Below, in pieces: positions 37,601 to 48,044 of a stretch of DNA of 64,000 bases. The notes beneath the pieces are model-generated. The model made no database searches. It saw nothing but the letters and a program-made list of their open reading frames with translations, and was not told the DNA's origin. A program made the translations under genes and the position numbers. This DNA comes from an uncultured bacterium (GTDB lineage: Bacteria; Armatimonadota; Hebobacteria; CAIYQO01). The stretch lies in contig CAZPYA010000001.1 in the NCBI GenBank assembly GCA_964590255.1, positions 18,660 to 82,659 of the forward strand. Reading direction: 5' to 3'. Position 1 is the stretch's first letter. Each line of letters opens with the position of its first letter.

Positions 37601-39646
37601 TCACGGAAATGGGTTCCCCCACGCCGTCTGCGGCAGCGCCAGCTTCGGGTCGATATACGGCTCGGTCGGCTGCGCTGAATCCAATCCCCGCAGCCGCACA
37701 TAGGCCGTCGCTGCCAACTGCCGCATCCGCTCGCGCTCCAGGTCATTGTTTGTCATCATGGCCATCGCCTCCGCTTCCAGCGTGAAGCCCTCTTCGTACT
37801 TACGCGCGTAGGCAAGCGTCTGCGCGTAGGCCGCGCGGGCGCGGGCGAGCAACTTCGGTTCGCGTTCGGCCAACACCCCGGTGGCGTACCATGCCTGGGT
37901 GTAGAACGGCTCGGGCACCGAAATCGGCCGGACAACATCCAGCGGGGTGCCGATGGTGTCGAGGATCGCCCGCAGGTGCTCCTGTGTCGCCGTCGCGTTG
38001 CGCAGGCCCCAGAAGGCGAGGGCCAGCCGGTAATGCACGTCGAGCTGGCGCGGTTGCCACGTCAGCGCGGCCCGGTAGGCGTTGATTGCCTCAGTCGGCT
38101 GCTTCGCATCGAGGAGAAAATCGCCCCACGCCACCCAGTTGGCGCTGTTCGTCGGCTCCAGCGTCCGCGCGCGGGTCAGGTAGTCGCGCCGTTCCGCGGG
38201 CGGCAGTTGCCGCGCCCCCGCCCGGCGCAGGTAGGCGGCGTTGGTCGGCGCCAGCGCGACCGCCGCGTGGTAACCCGCTATCGCCTGCTGGTACAGCGTC
38301 CGCTGCTCCGCTTCGCCGGCGGCGCTGAAAATCGCCCGGTAGGTGGCATCGGCGTCCAGCATCATCTGCTCGGCGCGGGCGCCCGTCACCAGCGCCAGCC
38401 CGACGACCACCATCGCTCCGGCCGGCAGCGCGCGCGCCCAGAAGGATGCCGGTCTCGTCGGTTCGGACGCCTGCGTGAGGCTCCACAGCGCCGCCGCCGG
38501 CAGCAGCAGCGCCAGTTGTATGCCCGGATACAGCCAGTCGGAGTCCACCAGCCCGTGTAGCCCCAGCGCCACGCCCCCCGCCAGCAGCGCCGCCGCCAGC
38601 GCCCGCGGCACCCGCGCTGCGTCGTCCGCCGGCCCGCGCAGCACGCGGATGCCCAGTGCCGCCAGCCCGAGGAACAACCACAGCAGCGCGCCCAGCCCTA
38701 ACAGGCCGGTTTCCGCCGCCGCCTGCAGGTAGATGTGGTGCCCGTGTATCGTGTAGCCCGCCGTCTGGTATTGCCCCATCACCGAGGCATACGTGCCCGG
38801 CCCGGCGCCCAGCAGCGGGTGATCCTTCGCGATGGCCAGCGTGGCCTGCCAGGTATACAGGCGGAAGCGCTGCGAGTGCGCCTGCGCGTCGCGCACCGCG
38901 GGATTCAGCAGCCGCTGCCCGAACGGCAGCGCCAGCGCCAGCCCGACGAAGAGCGCCAGCCCGACGCCCAACCGCAGCAGGTATTTCGCGTTGAGTTTGC
39001 CTTCGGCCCACAACCACGCCGGGCCGATGACGAGCACGGCGACGATGGCGGCCAGCAGCGCCCCGCGCGACTGGGTGAACACCAGCACCAGCGCCCCCTG
39101 CGCCACGGCAATGGCCCCCACCAGCCGCCAGCCCGGCCGCGGCGCGTGGATGGCCAGCACCAGCAGTGGCGGCAGCGCCAGCAGCAGGAAGGCGGCGTAA
39201 AAATTCGCGTTGTCCCAGGTGCTCTGGATGCGCCAGGTCAACTGTCCCTTCGCCAGCAGCCAGGTCAGCCAGTAATACATGCCGTAGAGCTGCCCGGCGA
39301 TGACGGACAGGCCGAAGCATCCCAGCCCCATCCACAACTGCTCGCGGGTGAATGGCACCTGCACCGCCAGCACCACCAGCGCCAGCACCACGGCCAACTG
39401 CCAGCACTCCAGCACGCTGGCCGGGCGATACACGGAGGTGAGGGTCGCCAGCAGCGTCACCGCGCCCAGCGCCAGCAGCGGCCACCGCAGCGGCATCCGC
39501 CGCCACCCGGGCTGTGCCGCGGCCCACGCCAGCCACCCCCCGGCCGCCAACACGGCGAACACCGCCAGCGGCATCACGCCGCCCATGCCGCCCAACAGCG
39601 GCACCAGCACAACGGCAAGCAACAAGCACAAACGGGCGATGAACAT
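37601..39646 (-). CDS. O-antigen ligase/polymerase (Wzy_C) family membrane protein with C-terminal TPR repeats
   Basis: About 10 TM segments with the Wzy_C-like loop (TQSRGALLAAIVAVLVIG). The C-terminal 250 aa are TPR-like (AINAYRAALTWQP...). Confidence 0.65.
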   Translation of the reverse strand: MFIARLCLLLAVVLVPLLGGMGGVMPLAVFAVLAAGGWLAWAAAQPGWRRMPLRWPLLALGAVTLLATLTSVYRPASVLECWQLAVVLALVVLAVQVPFTREQLWMGLGCFGLSVIAGQLYGMYYWLTWLLAKGQLTWRIQSTWDNANFYAAFLLLALPPLLVLAIHAPRPGWRLVGAIAVAQGALVLVFTQSRGALLAAIVAVLVIGPAWLWAEGKLNAKYLLRLGVGLALFVGLALALPFGQRLLNPAVRDAQAHSQRFRLYTWQATLAIAKDHPLLGAGPGTYASVMGQYQTAGYTIHGHHIYLQAAAETGLLGLGALLWLFLGLAALGIRVLRGPADDAARVPRALAAALLAGGVALGLHGLVDSDWLYPGIQLALLLPAAALWSLTQASEPTRPASFWARALPAGAMVVVGLALVTGARAEQMMLDADATYRAIFSAAGEAEQRTLYQQAIAGYHAAVALAPTNAAYLRRAGARQLPPAERRDYLTRARTLEPTNSANWVAWGDFLLDAKQPTEAINAYRAALTWQPRQLDVHYRLALAFWGLRNATATQEHLRAILDTIGTPLDVVRPISVPEPFYTQAWYATGVLAEREPKLLARARAAYAQTLAYARKYEEGFTLEAEAMAMMTNNDLERERMRQLAATAYVRLRGLDSAQPTEPYIDPKLALPQTAWGNPFP

Positions 39647-39669
39647 AATGGCAACGGCGCCCTTTCAGC

Positions 39670-39784
39670 ACAGACGCGGTCATTGATTACGCATGTCGAT
39701 GGCGGCACATGACGATGACCATCCTGCGTGTGGCATCGTCAATGACCGCGTCCCGGGATGACGTCTCGATGACCGCCTCTGTAG
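39670..39784 (-). mobile_element. MITE-like element, family 2, copy B (inverted relative to 18759-18881)
   Basis: The reverse complement aligns to 18759-18881 at about 85% identity. Confidence 0.7.
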
Positions 39785-40179
39785 AAATCGCGGGTACCGG
39801 CATTATACCACGCCCACCACCCCCGGCAATCCCGCACCGCTTAGGTGATCATCACCGGCTGGTCGTCTGCATCGCTTCCCGGTAGTCCGTCCCCCCGCGG
39901 CGCGGGTATTCGCATCTCTACACCGGATTGCGGTTTCACTTGACTGACGACAACATGTGTCCACCGCCTGCCGTCCACGGCATCGCATATTGATGCCACG
40001 CGCCGCGGAAAGCGTGGGTTACCGGGGTAGCCATCATTGTCTGTCACCCAACCCCTCTCTCCCCACCCGAGTTTGTGCGATTCTTCCGACAGCGCGCTAA
40101 ATTCGTCAGCGGGCAAGCCCTTCGCGTGCGGCAAGGCGGCGTATCGTGTAGGCAACCTTAGCTTGTGGAGGCAACGATC

Positions 40180-41865
40180 ATGAGGAGTGTGCTTGCGCGA
40201 ATATCCTGGCTGGCGGTGTTGGCGGCCTTCGGGCTGATTATCATCGGCTGCAATGGCGGAAGCGACGGACAGGGCCTGGTGGCCAGCAGCTACGTCATTA
40301 CCATCACCCCGAACCCGGTGAACGCGGTGCCCGGGCAGACAGTGCAGATGACGGCGGTGGTGACGCAGGTGTCGGACGGCGCGGTGGTGCCGGACGCCGT
40401 AGTCACCTGGGGCGTCACCGGCGACGTGGGGGCGATCTCGGAGACGGGGCTCTTCACCGCCGGACAAACCACCCCGGCCAGCGGCGCCATCACCGCGGCG
40501 GCCTTTGACGCCACCGCCGGCGTGCCGGTGACAGTGAATGCCAATGGGCAAACGCTGGCCAGCATCACCGTGACGGCGCCCGGCGCCGACCTGAGCGCCG
40601 TGCCCGCTGCCACCACTGTGCAGTTTGTGGCGACCGGCACCGACACCACCGGCCAGCCGATGGCTATCGCGCCCATCTGGGACGTGCAGAACGGCATCGG
40701 CCAGATCAACGCGCAGGGCCAGTTCCTCGCCGGCACCGCCGGCACCGGCGCGGTGAGCGCCAGCGTAGGCGCTATCTCGGGCAGCGCCGCGGTGACGGTG
40801 GTCCCCGGCGCGCCGGTGGAGCTCACCCTCGCGGTGGCGGGCAACGCCGACGTGGATAACCTGATTATCGGGCAGCAGGTACACTTCACCGCCTTCCTGG
40901 TGGACGGCGCGGGCAACCGCGGGGTGAAGCGCTCGGTCACCGAGGCGGCGTGGAGCGTCACCGGCGGCGTGGGCAGCATCGACCAGGACGGCGCCTTCAT
41001 CGCCAAAGCCCTCGGGCATGGCACGGTGGTGGCACAGAAAGACGGCCGCACCGCGTCGGTGGCGGTGACGGTGGTTCGCGCCTTCGCCGGCGTCATCGGC
41101 TTCACCAAGCAGAATCTGTATGGCAACCTGGCGGCGCTGACCGGCGACGGCAGCCAGATCGACCTGACCACCGGCAACAACCACTTCGGGGAAGCCGCCT
41201 GGTCGGCGGACGGCAGCAAGCTGATCTTCGCGGCGCGCGACGTGGCCGGCGCCAGCGGCATCTTCGGCGTGAATGCCGACGGCACCAGCAAGCATCTGGT
41301 TTTCGGCGCGGTGGCCAACGACCCGGTCTGGTCGCCGGACGGCACGGAAATCTGCTACGCCACCGACACCGGCGTGGTAGCCGGTGAGTTGGTCGTGATC
41401 AGTGCGAGCGGACAGTTCCTGCGCAAGCTGGTCATCGGCATGCTGGGCACGCCGAAGAATCCGGCCTGGTCGCCCGATGGGCAGAAGATCGCCTTCATCG
41501 TCAACAGCGGCTTCTCGCCGACGGACGGCGTCTATATCATGAACGCGGACGGCACCGGCGCGATCACCCGCATCTACACCGGCCATCCGTCCGACATCGC
41601 CTGGAAGCCCGGCACCTGCATCCTGGCGGTGGCGGAGAACGCCCGCGTTTACCTGGTGCCGGCCGACGGCAGCGACACCACCCTGCTGCTGACCGAGCCG
41701 AAGGCCATCGCCGGCTTCGCCTGGGCGCCTAACGGCAGTGGACTGGTCTGCAGCGAGTCGAACGGCGCGTATAATCAGCTCTACCTGCGCGTCATCGGCA
41801 CCGACGTCCGCGTGCCGCTGACGAGCCTGAGCACCGCCTCCGCGCTCGATCCAACCTGGAAATAA
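40180..41865 (+). CDS. lipoprotein with Big_2-type Ig-like repeats and C-terminal TolB-like (PD40) beta-propeller
   Basis: MRSVLARISWLAVLAAFGLIIIGCNGG lipobox. Repeated VT(A/V)TV Ig-like segments, then WSADGSKLIF / WSPDGTEICY / WSPDGQKIAF propeller blades. Confidence 0.65.
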   Translation: MRSVLARISWLAVLAAFGLIIIGCNGGSDGQGLVASSYVITITPNPVNAVPGQTVQMTAVVTQVSDGAVVPDAVVTWGVTGDVGAISETGLFTAGQTTPASGAITAAAFDATAGVPVTVNANGQTLASITVTAPGADLSAVPAATTVQFVATGTDTTGQPMAIAPIWDVQNGIGQINAQGQFLAGTAGTGAVSASVGAISGSAAVTVVPGAPVELTLAVAGNADVDNLIIGQQVHFTAFLVDGAGNRGVKRSVTEAAWSVTGGVGSIDQDGAFIAKALGHGTVVAQKDGRTASVAVTVVRAFAGVIGFTKQNLYGNLAALTGDGSQIDLTTGNNHFGEAAWSADGSKLIFAARDVAGASGIFGVNADGTSKHLVFGAVANDPVWSPDGTEICYATDTGVVAGELVVISASGQFLRKLVIGMLGTPKNPAWSPDGQKIAFIVNSGFSPTDGVYIMNADGTGAITRIYTGHPSDIAWKPGTCILAVAENARVYLVPADGSDTTLLLTEPKAIAGFAWAPNGSGLVCSESNGAYNQLYLRVIGTDVRVPLTSLSTASALDPTWK

Positions 41866-41880
41866 GCGCATCCGGCAGGA

Positions 41881-41918
41881 CGCCCCCGCCCGCAGTGCGC
41901 GGACGGGGGCGTTTTCGT
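41881..41918 (+). terminator. rho-independent terminator
   Basis: cgcccccgcccgc-agt-gcgcggacgggggcg followed by ttttcgtgt, 16 bp after the lipoprotein stop. Confidence 0.7.
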
Positions 41919-41952
41919 GTCTGGAGGGAGAACCCCAGATTGCCGACACACC

Positions 41953-42004
41953 CCCTCACCCCCTGGCCCCCTCTCCTCGGGGAGAGGGGGCCAGGGGGTG
42001 AGGG
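41953..42004. repeat. perfect 24-bp-arm palindrome (ccctcaccccctggccccctctcc tcgg ggagagggggccagggggtgaggg), GC-rich hairpin family
   Basis: Read directly from the sequence; the two arms are exact reverse complements. Confidence 0.85.
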
Positions 42005-42027
42005 CTGCGTGTCGGAGTCCGATGAGG

Positions 42028-42075
42028 TTTCCCACATACCTGTGCACGGATTCACGGTCACAGGTATGTGGGAAA
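42028..42075. repeat. perfect 17-bp stem / 14-nt loop hairpin (tttcccacatacctgtg ... cacaggtatgtgggaaa)
   Basis: Exact inverted repeat 225 bp upstream of the 42303 gene. Confidence 0.8.
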
Positions 42076-42302
42076 TCGGGCATAACTCCTACGCTCGCGG
42101 CTCGACGGAGTCTCGCCCTCCATACTGGTTATGCCTGTTAACGAGCAGGTGGCCCGCTCTTCCCCCGGCACCGGAAATATGGTAGAGTCAACAGCACCAT
42201 GGCGCGGATGCTGCCGCTTGCTTTGCCCGGCGGGCGAGGTTGGGCATCCGTTTCAGTCGATCAGATTCACGGTAAGATTTCAGACGAACGGAGAGTCGTC
42301 GC

Positions 42303-44417
42303 ATGTCATCACCAACCACATCCACCCGGCCGCTGCGCACGGTCTGTCTCGGCCTTATTGTCCTCGGCCTGCTGGCGGCCGGCTACGTGCTGTGGCAGCG
42401 CGTGAGAGCGGAAGCCTCCTCGCGCGCGGTCGAGATCGTGGTGGATTACAACGAAGTCATTGCGCTGGCCGGCGCCGAAGGCGTGCTGCCGAATAACGTA
42501 TTTATCAAGCTGAAAACGGCCGGCGCGACCGCGGTGGCGCTGCCCGAGGAGACGCTGGAGACGCTGGAGGCGCAAGGCGCGGTGAACCTCATCGCGCATC
42601 CGGCCGGCATCGGCACGTATCCCGGCGGGTGGGCGCCCACCGACCCGGTGTTTACGGTGGAGACGAGCAGTTCGCTCGACATGAGCGGCGCGAACACCTT
42701 TGCCTTCGTCTCCGACGGGCTGCAGCGGGTATACCCGGCGGCCAACCTCTCTATGCAGCCGCCCTACCGCATCCTTGTGCGCGGCGACCGCGAAACGGTG
42801 CAGGACATCGGGCTCGGCCTCGATGAATCGAAGGCGCGGCTCATCCGCGCGGTGGGTCTGCGCGTCGTTCCGCGGCTGCACGGCAGCCCGGTGCTAACGT
42901 CGAAAAGCCTCAACGCTTCGCTGGCCACCCTCGCGCGCCTGCTCGGTCGCGCGCCGACTAATGATCCGTGGATCGTCGGCGCGAAGCCTGCGCCGACCGC
43001 GCAAACCGACACTCAGCTTGGCATCGTCATCTTCGACGGCGACACTATCCCCGGGTATCGCGCGCTCATTCCGACCCTCGCCGAGGGGCTGACGACACAC
43101 CACCTCGTCTACGGCGCGGTGGAGTTCAGCAAGCAGAAAGGCGACGCCGCGCTGGGCAAGGCGCTGAACGGCCGGCTGGTGCGCGTGCACAGCATCTCCA
43201 GAGAGGAACTGGCGACGATGACGCCGGGCGAGGCGGTGCAGCGCTTCGGGCTGGCGGCGAAAGACCGCAATATCCGCGTGCTCTACGTGCATGTGCCGCC
43301 GGTGGTGGCCGGCCTGGTCGCGACGACGGACGCGAAGGGGCAGGCAGTGGTTACCGAGAGCCGCCGCGACGACTTCGCCCGCTTCATCGCCGCCGTGAAA
43401 TTCGAGCTGACGAAGAACCGCTTCACCGTCTCCGACGCCAAGCAGGCGCACCCGTTCACCGCGCCGGCCGTGCCGGCGTGGGCGCTGGGCTTCATCTTCC
43501 TCGGTGGCGGCGCGGCGTTCTTTCTGCTGGTGCTGGCGGTGCTGCCGGCGGCGCTGCCGTCCGCGTGGATCACGGTCGGGTTCGTATTCCTCGGCATCGG
43601 CGCGGCGAAGGCGTTCGTGCTGGCGTCCCAGTTTCCAGACCTCGGCCGCATGGGCTTCGGTCTCTTTACGGCCATCTGCTTCCCGCTGCTGGCGCTGGTG
43701 TGGACATATCGGCAACTGAGCCCGTTGTCGCAGGGGCGCATGTCGCTCTTCGCGGCGGTGCGCGTGCTGCTCGTTGCCACCGGCATCACCGTGCTGGGCG
43801 GCCTGCTGATCGCGGCGATGCTCACCGACGCGCGCTACCTGGTGAAAATGACCGCGTTCGTGGGGGTGAAGGCCGCGCTGGCGGCGCCGCTGCTGCTCTT
43901 CGGCCTGCTGGTCATCACCGACGGCGTCGCGAAACCCGACGAAACCGTGGCGACCTGGTGGGCGCGCGTCACGGCCGGCGTACGCGGCTTCCTCAACCAG
44001 CCGCTGTACCTGTGGGGCATCCTGCTGGCCTTCGCCGCGCTGGTAGTCGTGGCGCTCATGCTGGCGCGCTCGGGCAATGAAGGCGGCGTCGGCGTCAGCG
44101 ACCTCGAGCTGCGCTTCCGCTCGGTGCTCGAACAATGGCTCATCGCCCGCCCGCGCACGAAGGAATTCCTGCTCGGCCACCCGCTCTTCCTGCTCGGGCT
44201 GGTTGCCGCCATGCGCCACCAGCGCGTCCTCGCGCTGGTACTGCTCGTCGGCGGCGCCATCGGCCAGGTGGACGTGCTCAACACCTTCTGCCACGCCCAC
44301 ACCCCGGTCACCCTCTCGCTGCTGCGCGTCATCAACGGTCTCTGGCTCGGCGTCATCATCGGCGTCATCGCGGCGGTGATCGTCTTCCGGCGCAAGCCGG
44401 AAGTGGTGAAGGCGTAA
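42303..44417 (+). CDS. large membrane protein (N-terminal TM, about 380-aa extracytoplasmic domain, C-terminal about 8-TM bundle); DUF5693-like
   Basis: 704 aa. The topology was inferred from hydrophobic segments. The family assignment is tentative and from memory. Confidence 0.5.
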   Translation: MSSPTTSTRPLRTVCLGLIVLGLLAAGYVLWQRVRAEASSRAVEIVVDYNEVIALAGAEGVLPNNVFIKLKTAGATAVALPEETLETLEAQGAVNLIAHPAGIGTYPGGWAPTDPVFTVETSSSLDMSGANTFAFVSDGLQRVYPAANLSMQPPYRILVRGDRETVQDIGLGLDESKARLIRAVGLRVVPRLHGSPVLTSKSLNASLATLARLLGRAPTNDPWIVGAKPAPTAQTDTQLGIVIFDGDTIPGYRALIPTLAEGLTTHHLVYGAVEFSKQKGDAALGKALNGRLVRVHSISREELATMTPGEAVQRFGLAAKDRNIRVLYVHVPPVVAGLVATTDAKGQAVVTESRRDDFARFIAAVKFELTKNRFTVSDAKQAHPFTAPAVPAWALGFIFLGGGAAFFLLVLAVLPAALPSAWITVGFVFLGIGAAKAFVLASQFPDLGRMGFGLFTAICFPLLALVWTYRQLSPLSQGRMSLFAAVRVLLVATGITVLGGLLIAAMLTDARYLVKMTAFVGVKAALAAPLLLFGLLVITDGVAKPDETVATWWARVTAGVRGFLNQPLYLWGILLAFAALVVVALMLARSGNEGGVGVSDLELRFRSVLEQWLIARPRTKEFLLGHPLFLLGLVAAMRHQRVLALVLLVGGAIGQVDVLNTFCHAHTPVTLSLLRVINGLWLGVIIGVIAAVIVFRRKPEVVKA

Positions 44418-44540
44418 AATTCGGTAGCGCCGGGCGGAGAGGGCAATTGCCGAATGCCGATGTCTGGGCTTTGCTCATCGATGCCGCCTGGTGCACGCAG
44501 CTACGCGGCGCGTTTCTCCTGATGCCCGCGACGGTCGCGC

Positions 44541-44583
44541 GGACCCCTCCCCCGGCCCCTCCCCTAGCAGGAGAGGGGGGTGA
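44541..44583. repeat. GC-rich hairpin family copy (cggacccctcccccggcccctcccctagcaggagagggggg)
   Basis: Shares the cggacccctcccc head with 24806 and 61463. Confidence 0.6.
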
Positions 44584-44852
44584 TCTCGTGTGAGCGACTG
44601 CAGTGGTGGGTGAAGCGGCAATCATTCGTCAACAGCATAATGGCCGGGCTACCGAGCGACGCCCCCTGGAAGGGGGCTTACGGCGGTGAATTCCTGACCA
44701 TGCATGTGATCATTGGGGGAATGCTGCCATTACTTCCCTCCCGTGTCGCTATTTTCCCCGAAGATCGACTGGCAGCTCATCCGCTTGCGGGGATCCGCCA
44801 CACCGCACAAGGAGATTCCCCGCGCCATGCCGAATAGGAGGGATACGGGAGG

Positions 44853-46169
44853 ATGCCGATGCGTCCTAGTGGTGTGACCGTCTGCTGGATGGCGGTGGGA
44901 GGATTGTGCCTGCTGGCGGCGCCGGTGATGCCGGGGCTGTTCTGGATCGGCATCGGGCTCAATGGCCTGCTGGCGTTGCTACTGGTGACGGACCTCTTCC
45001 TGCTGCGGCAGGCGGCGCAGCTCACCGCGCGGCGCGAGCATGAGGACATCCTCTCGCTGGGCGCGCAGAACCGCGTGACGCTGGTCGTCGAGAATCCCAC
45101 CCCCTTCCCCTTCCGGCTGGCGCTGCGCGACGCGGCGCCCGACCAGAGCGAGTGCGACACCGCGCAGGCCGCCGGCGCGCTGCCCGCCTACGGGCAATTC
45201 TCCGCCAGTTATCACCTCACCCCGCTGCAGCGCGGCGCCTATCCCTTCGGGCCGCTGACGCTGCGGGTGAAGACGCCGATGGGGCTGTGGGTGGCCCAAT
45301 ACGCGCACGCGCCGGACGACACCATGCGCGTCTACCCGAACATCCAGCAGACGAAGCAGCAGCACCTGCTGACGCGCCAGCAGCGCGCGCGGCAGATGGG
45401 CCTGCGTTCGATGCGCCTGCGCGGGCAGGGGATGGAGTTCGAATCGCTGCGCGACTACCTGCCCGATGACGAGCTGCGCCGGGTGGACTGGAAAGCCAGC
45501 GCCCGCCGCGGCAGCCTGGTGACCCGCGAGTATGACGTGGAGCGCAGCCAGCAAATCATGATCGTCCTCGACATGGGCCGCGCCATGGCCAGCCACCTGG
45601 ACTACATGACAAAGCTGGACCACGCCATCAACGCCGCCGTGCTGCTCACCTACGTGGCCGGGCAGTCGCAGGACCGCGTGGGCATCATGGCCTTCGCCGA
45701 CGACATCCTCACCTTCATGCCCCCGGGCAAAGGCGCCGGGCAATTGCCGGTAGTGCTTGACCAGCTTTACCCGCTGCAGCCGCGCCAGGTGGAGTCCGAC
45801 TACCGCGGCGCTTTCACCTATCTGGCGCACCACGTGCGCAAGCGCTCGCTCATCCTCATCTTCACCGACCTCATCGACCCCGATTCCTCCAAACGGCTCA
45901 TCGACAGCCTGGCGCTGCTGCACCCGCAGCACCTGGTGCTGTGCATCGCGCTCAGCGACTACGAGCTGCGCGGCATCGTCCACGGCGTGCCGGCGAATCA
46001 GACCGGCATGTTCCAGCAAGCGGTGGCCATCTCGGTGATGGAAGATCGCCAGCTCGCCCTCGCCACCCTCCACCGCCGCGGCATCCTCACCGTCGACGCC
46101 GCCCCCAGCGACCTCGCCGTGGCCGTCGTGAATCGTTACCTGGCGGTGAAGCGGGAGGGGCGGGTGTAA
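44853..46169 (+). CDS. DUF58 domain protein (vWA-like, normally MoxR-associated)
   Basis: N-terminal 2 TM, then RxxRxxGxGxEFxxxRxYxxGDDxRxIDWKASAR (LRGQGMEFESLRDYLPDDELRRVDWKASARRG), the hallmark DUF58 motif. Confidence 0.75.
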   Translation: MPMRPSGVTVCWMAVGGLCLLAAPVMPGLFWIGIGLNGLLALLLVTDLFLLRQAAQLTARREHEDILSLGAQNRVTLVVENPTPFPFRLALRDAAPDQSECDTAQAAGALPAYGQFSASYHLTPLQRGAYPFGPLTLRVKTPMGLWVAQYAHAPDDTMRVYPNIQQTKQQHLLTRQQRARQMGLRSMRLRGQGMEFESLRDYLPDDELRRVDWKASARRGSLVTREYDVERSQQIMIVLDMGRAMASHLDYMTKLDHAINAAVLLTYVAGQSQDRVGIMAFADDILTFMPPGKGAGQLPVVLDQLYPLQPRQVESDYRGAFTYLAHHVRKRSLILIFTDLIDPDSSKRLIDSLALLHPQHLVLCIALSDYELRGIVHGVPANQTGMFQQAVAISVMEDRQLALATLHRRGILTVDAAPSDLAVAVVNRYLAVKREGRV

Positions 46170-46233
46170 GGGGGGCAACCCCGCAAGGTATCTCACCCAC
46201 CTCCGCCGAACTACTTCCCCAGAGGTTTCCACC

Positions 46234-47637
46234 ATGCCTAGACCGAACATCATCTTCATACTCATGGATGACATGGGGTGGCGCGATTTGTGCTGCACGG
46301 GCAGCGATTTTTACGAGACGCCGCACATCGACCGGCTGGCGGACGAGGGGATGCGCTTCACCGACGCGTATGCGGCGTGTCCGGTCTGCTCGCCGTCGCG
46401 GGCGAGCATTCTTACCGGGAAATACCCGGCGCGGGTGGGCATCACCGATTGGATCGACTGGGGCAACTGGATTCACCCGTCGCGGGGGCGGGTCATCGAC
46501 GTGCCGTATTTGCGCGAGCTGCCCACAGCGGAATTCACCCTCGCGGCGGCGCTGCGCGACGGCGGCTACCAGACCTGGCACGTGGGCAAGTGGCACCTGG
46601 GCGGGCCGGAGCACTCGCCGCTGGCCTTCGGCTTCGACGTGAACGTGGGTGGCAGCGACAAGGGCTGCCCGGAACACGGGTATTTCGCGCCGTGGAAGCT
46701 GCCGAACCTGCCCGAGAGTCCGGACGGCACCTACCTGACCGACCGCATTACCGACGAGGCCATCGCGCTCATTCGCGCCAGCGACGGCCGCCCCTTCTTC
46801 CTCAACTGGTGCCACTACGCGGTGCATACGCCCATCCAGGCGCCCGCCGACCTCGTCGCAAAGTATGCAGCGAAGGCGCGGGCGCTGGGCATCGATCAGG
46901 ACGCCGCCATCGAGGCGGGCGAGTTCTTCCCCTGCGAGCACAAGCGTACCCAGCGCGTGCAGCGGCGGAAGATTCAATCCGATCCTGTCTATGCGGCGAT
47001 GATCGAGAACCTGGACACGAACGTCGGTCGCCTGCTGGCCGCGCTGGCCGAGACCGGGCAGTTGGAGAACACCCTCATCATCTTCACCTCGGACAACGGC
47101 GGGCTGGCCACCTCGGAAGGCTCGCCCACCAGCAACCTGCCGCTGGCCGAGGGCAAGGGATGGATGTATGAGGGCGGCACGCGCGAGCCGCTGCTGGTGC
47201 GCTGGCCTGGCGTGGTCGCTCCCGGCAGCGCCTGCGCCACCCCCGTCACCAGCCCGGATTTCTACCCCACGCTGCTCGATGCCGCCGGCCTGCCGCGCCG
47301 GCCGGAGCAGCACGTGGACGGCGTCGGCGTGCTGCCGCTGCTGCGCGGCGAGGCGATGGCACGCGGCCCCATCTTCTGGCACTACCCGCACTACGGCAAC
47401 CAGGGCGGCACCCCCGGCTCCTCCGTGCGCGACGGCGACTGGAAGCTCATCGAGTTCTTCGAAGACGGCCGCCTGGAACTCTATCACCTCGGCGACGACC
47501 CCGCCGAAACCCGCAACCACGCCGCCGACAACCCCGCCGTTACCCAGCGCCTCCACGCCGAACTCGTCGCCTGGCGCGCCTCCATCGAAGCCCTTATCCC
47601 CCAGCGGAACCCGGAATGGGTGGAGACAACGAGCTGA
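46234..47637 (+). CDS. arylsulfatase-family sulfatase (formylglycine-dependent)
   Basis: CPVCSPSRASILTGKYP (C-x-P-x-R FGly motif), IIFILMDDMGW N-terminus, and GKWHLGG. Confidence 0.85.
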   Translation: MPRPNIIFILMDDMGWRDLCCTGSDFYETPHIDRLADEGMRFTDAYAACPVCSPSRASILTGKYPARVGITDWIDWGNWIHPSRGRVIDVPYLRELPTAEFTLAAALRDGGYQTWHVGKWHLGGPEHSPLAFGFDVNVGGSDKGCPEHGYFAPWKLPNLPESPDGTYLTDRITDEAIALIRASDGRPFFLNWCHYAVHTPIQAPADLVAKYAAKARALGIDQDAAIEAGEFFPCEHKRTQRVQRRKIQSDPVYAAMIENLDTNVGRLLAALAETGQLENTLIIFTSDNGGLATSEGSPTSNLPLAEGKGWMYEGGTREPLLVRWPGVVAPGSACATPVTSPDFYPTLLDAAGLPRRPEQHVDGVGVLPLLRGEAMARGPIFWHYPHYGNQGGTPGSSVRDGDWKLIEFFEDGRLELYHLGDDPAETRNHAADNPAVTQRLHAELVAWRASIEALIPQRNPEWVETTS

Positions 47638-47696
47638 AACGGTGACTACCCCCCCCCGGGGCTACTCCAAATGCGTCATGATATGGCAAGCGCTTT

Positions 47697-47762
47697 CCTG
47701 CTCATCGGCCCCCACCCCCTCCCCCGCTCCGCTGCGCTGCGCAAGGGAGGGGGGAGCCGGTT
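47697..47762 (+). repeat. family E GC-rich repeat copy
   Basis: tcggcccccaccccctcccccgctccgctgcgctgcgcaagggagggggg, near-identical to 18650-18712. Confidence 0.7.
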
Positions 47763-48044
47763 CCCAGCGCGCTGCCCTGGGCTATGGAATTCGGCGATTT
47801 CGCCGCTACGCAGCAAGCGGCGCCGCTACTGAGAACGGCCACGATCGGTTGCTTCCTCATTAACTCACCCATTGTCCCTATCCCGGCACATCGCCGTCCA
47901 GGGAAAACGCACGCCTGCGCCTCGTTCGGCGAGTTTTTCAGACAGGGGTGTCGCGTAACCGACCATGCACGCGGGCGGTTCCTCGTATCCTGTGGGTAAG
48001 CGCCGGGCCGCGGTCGTGGTCGGCGCACCTGTAAGGAGGAGGGG

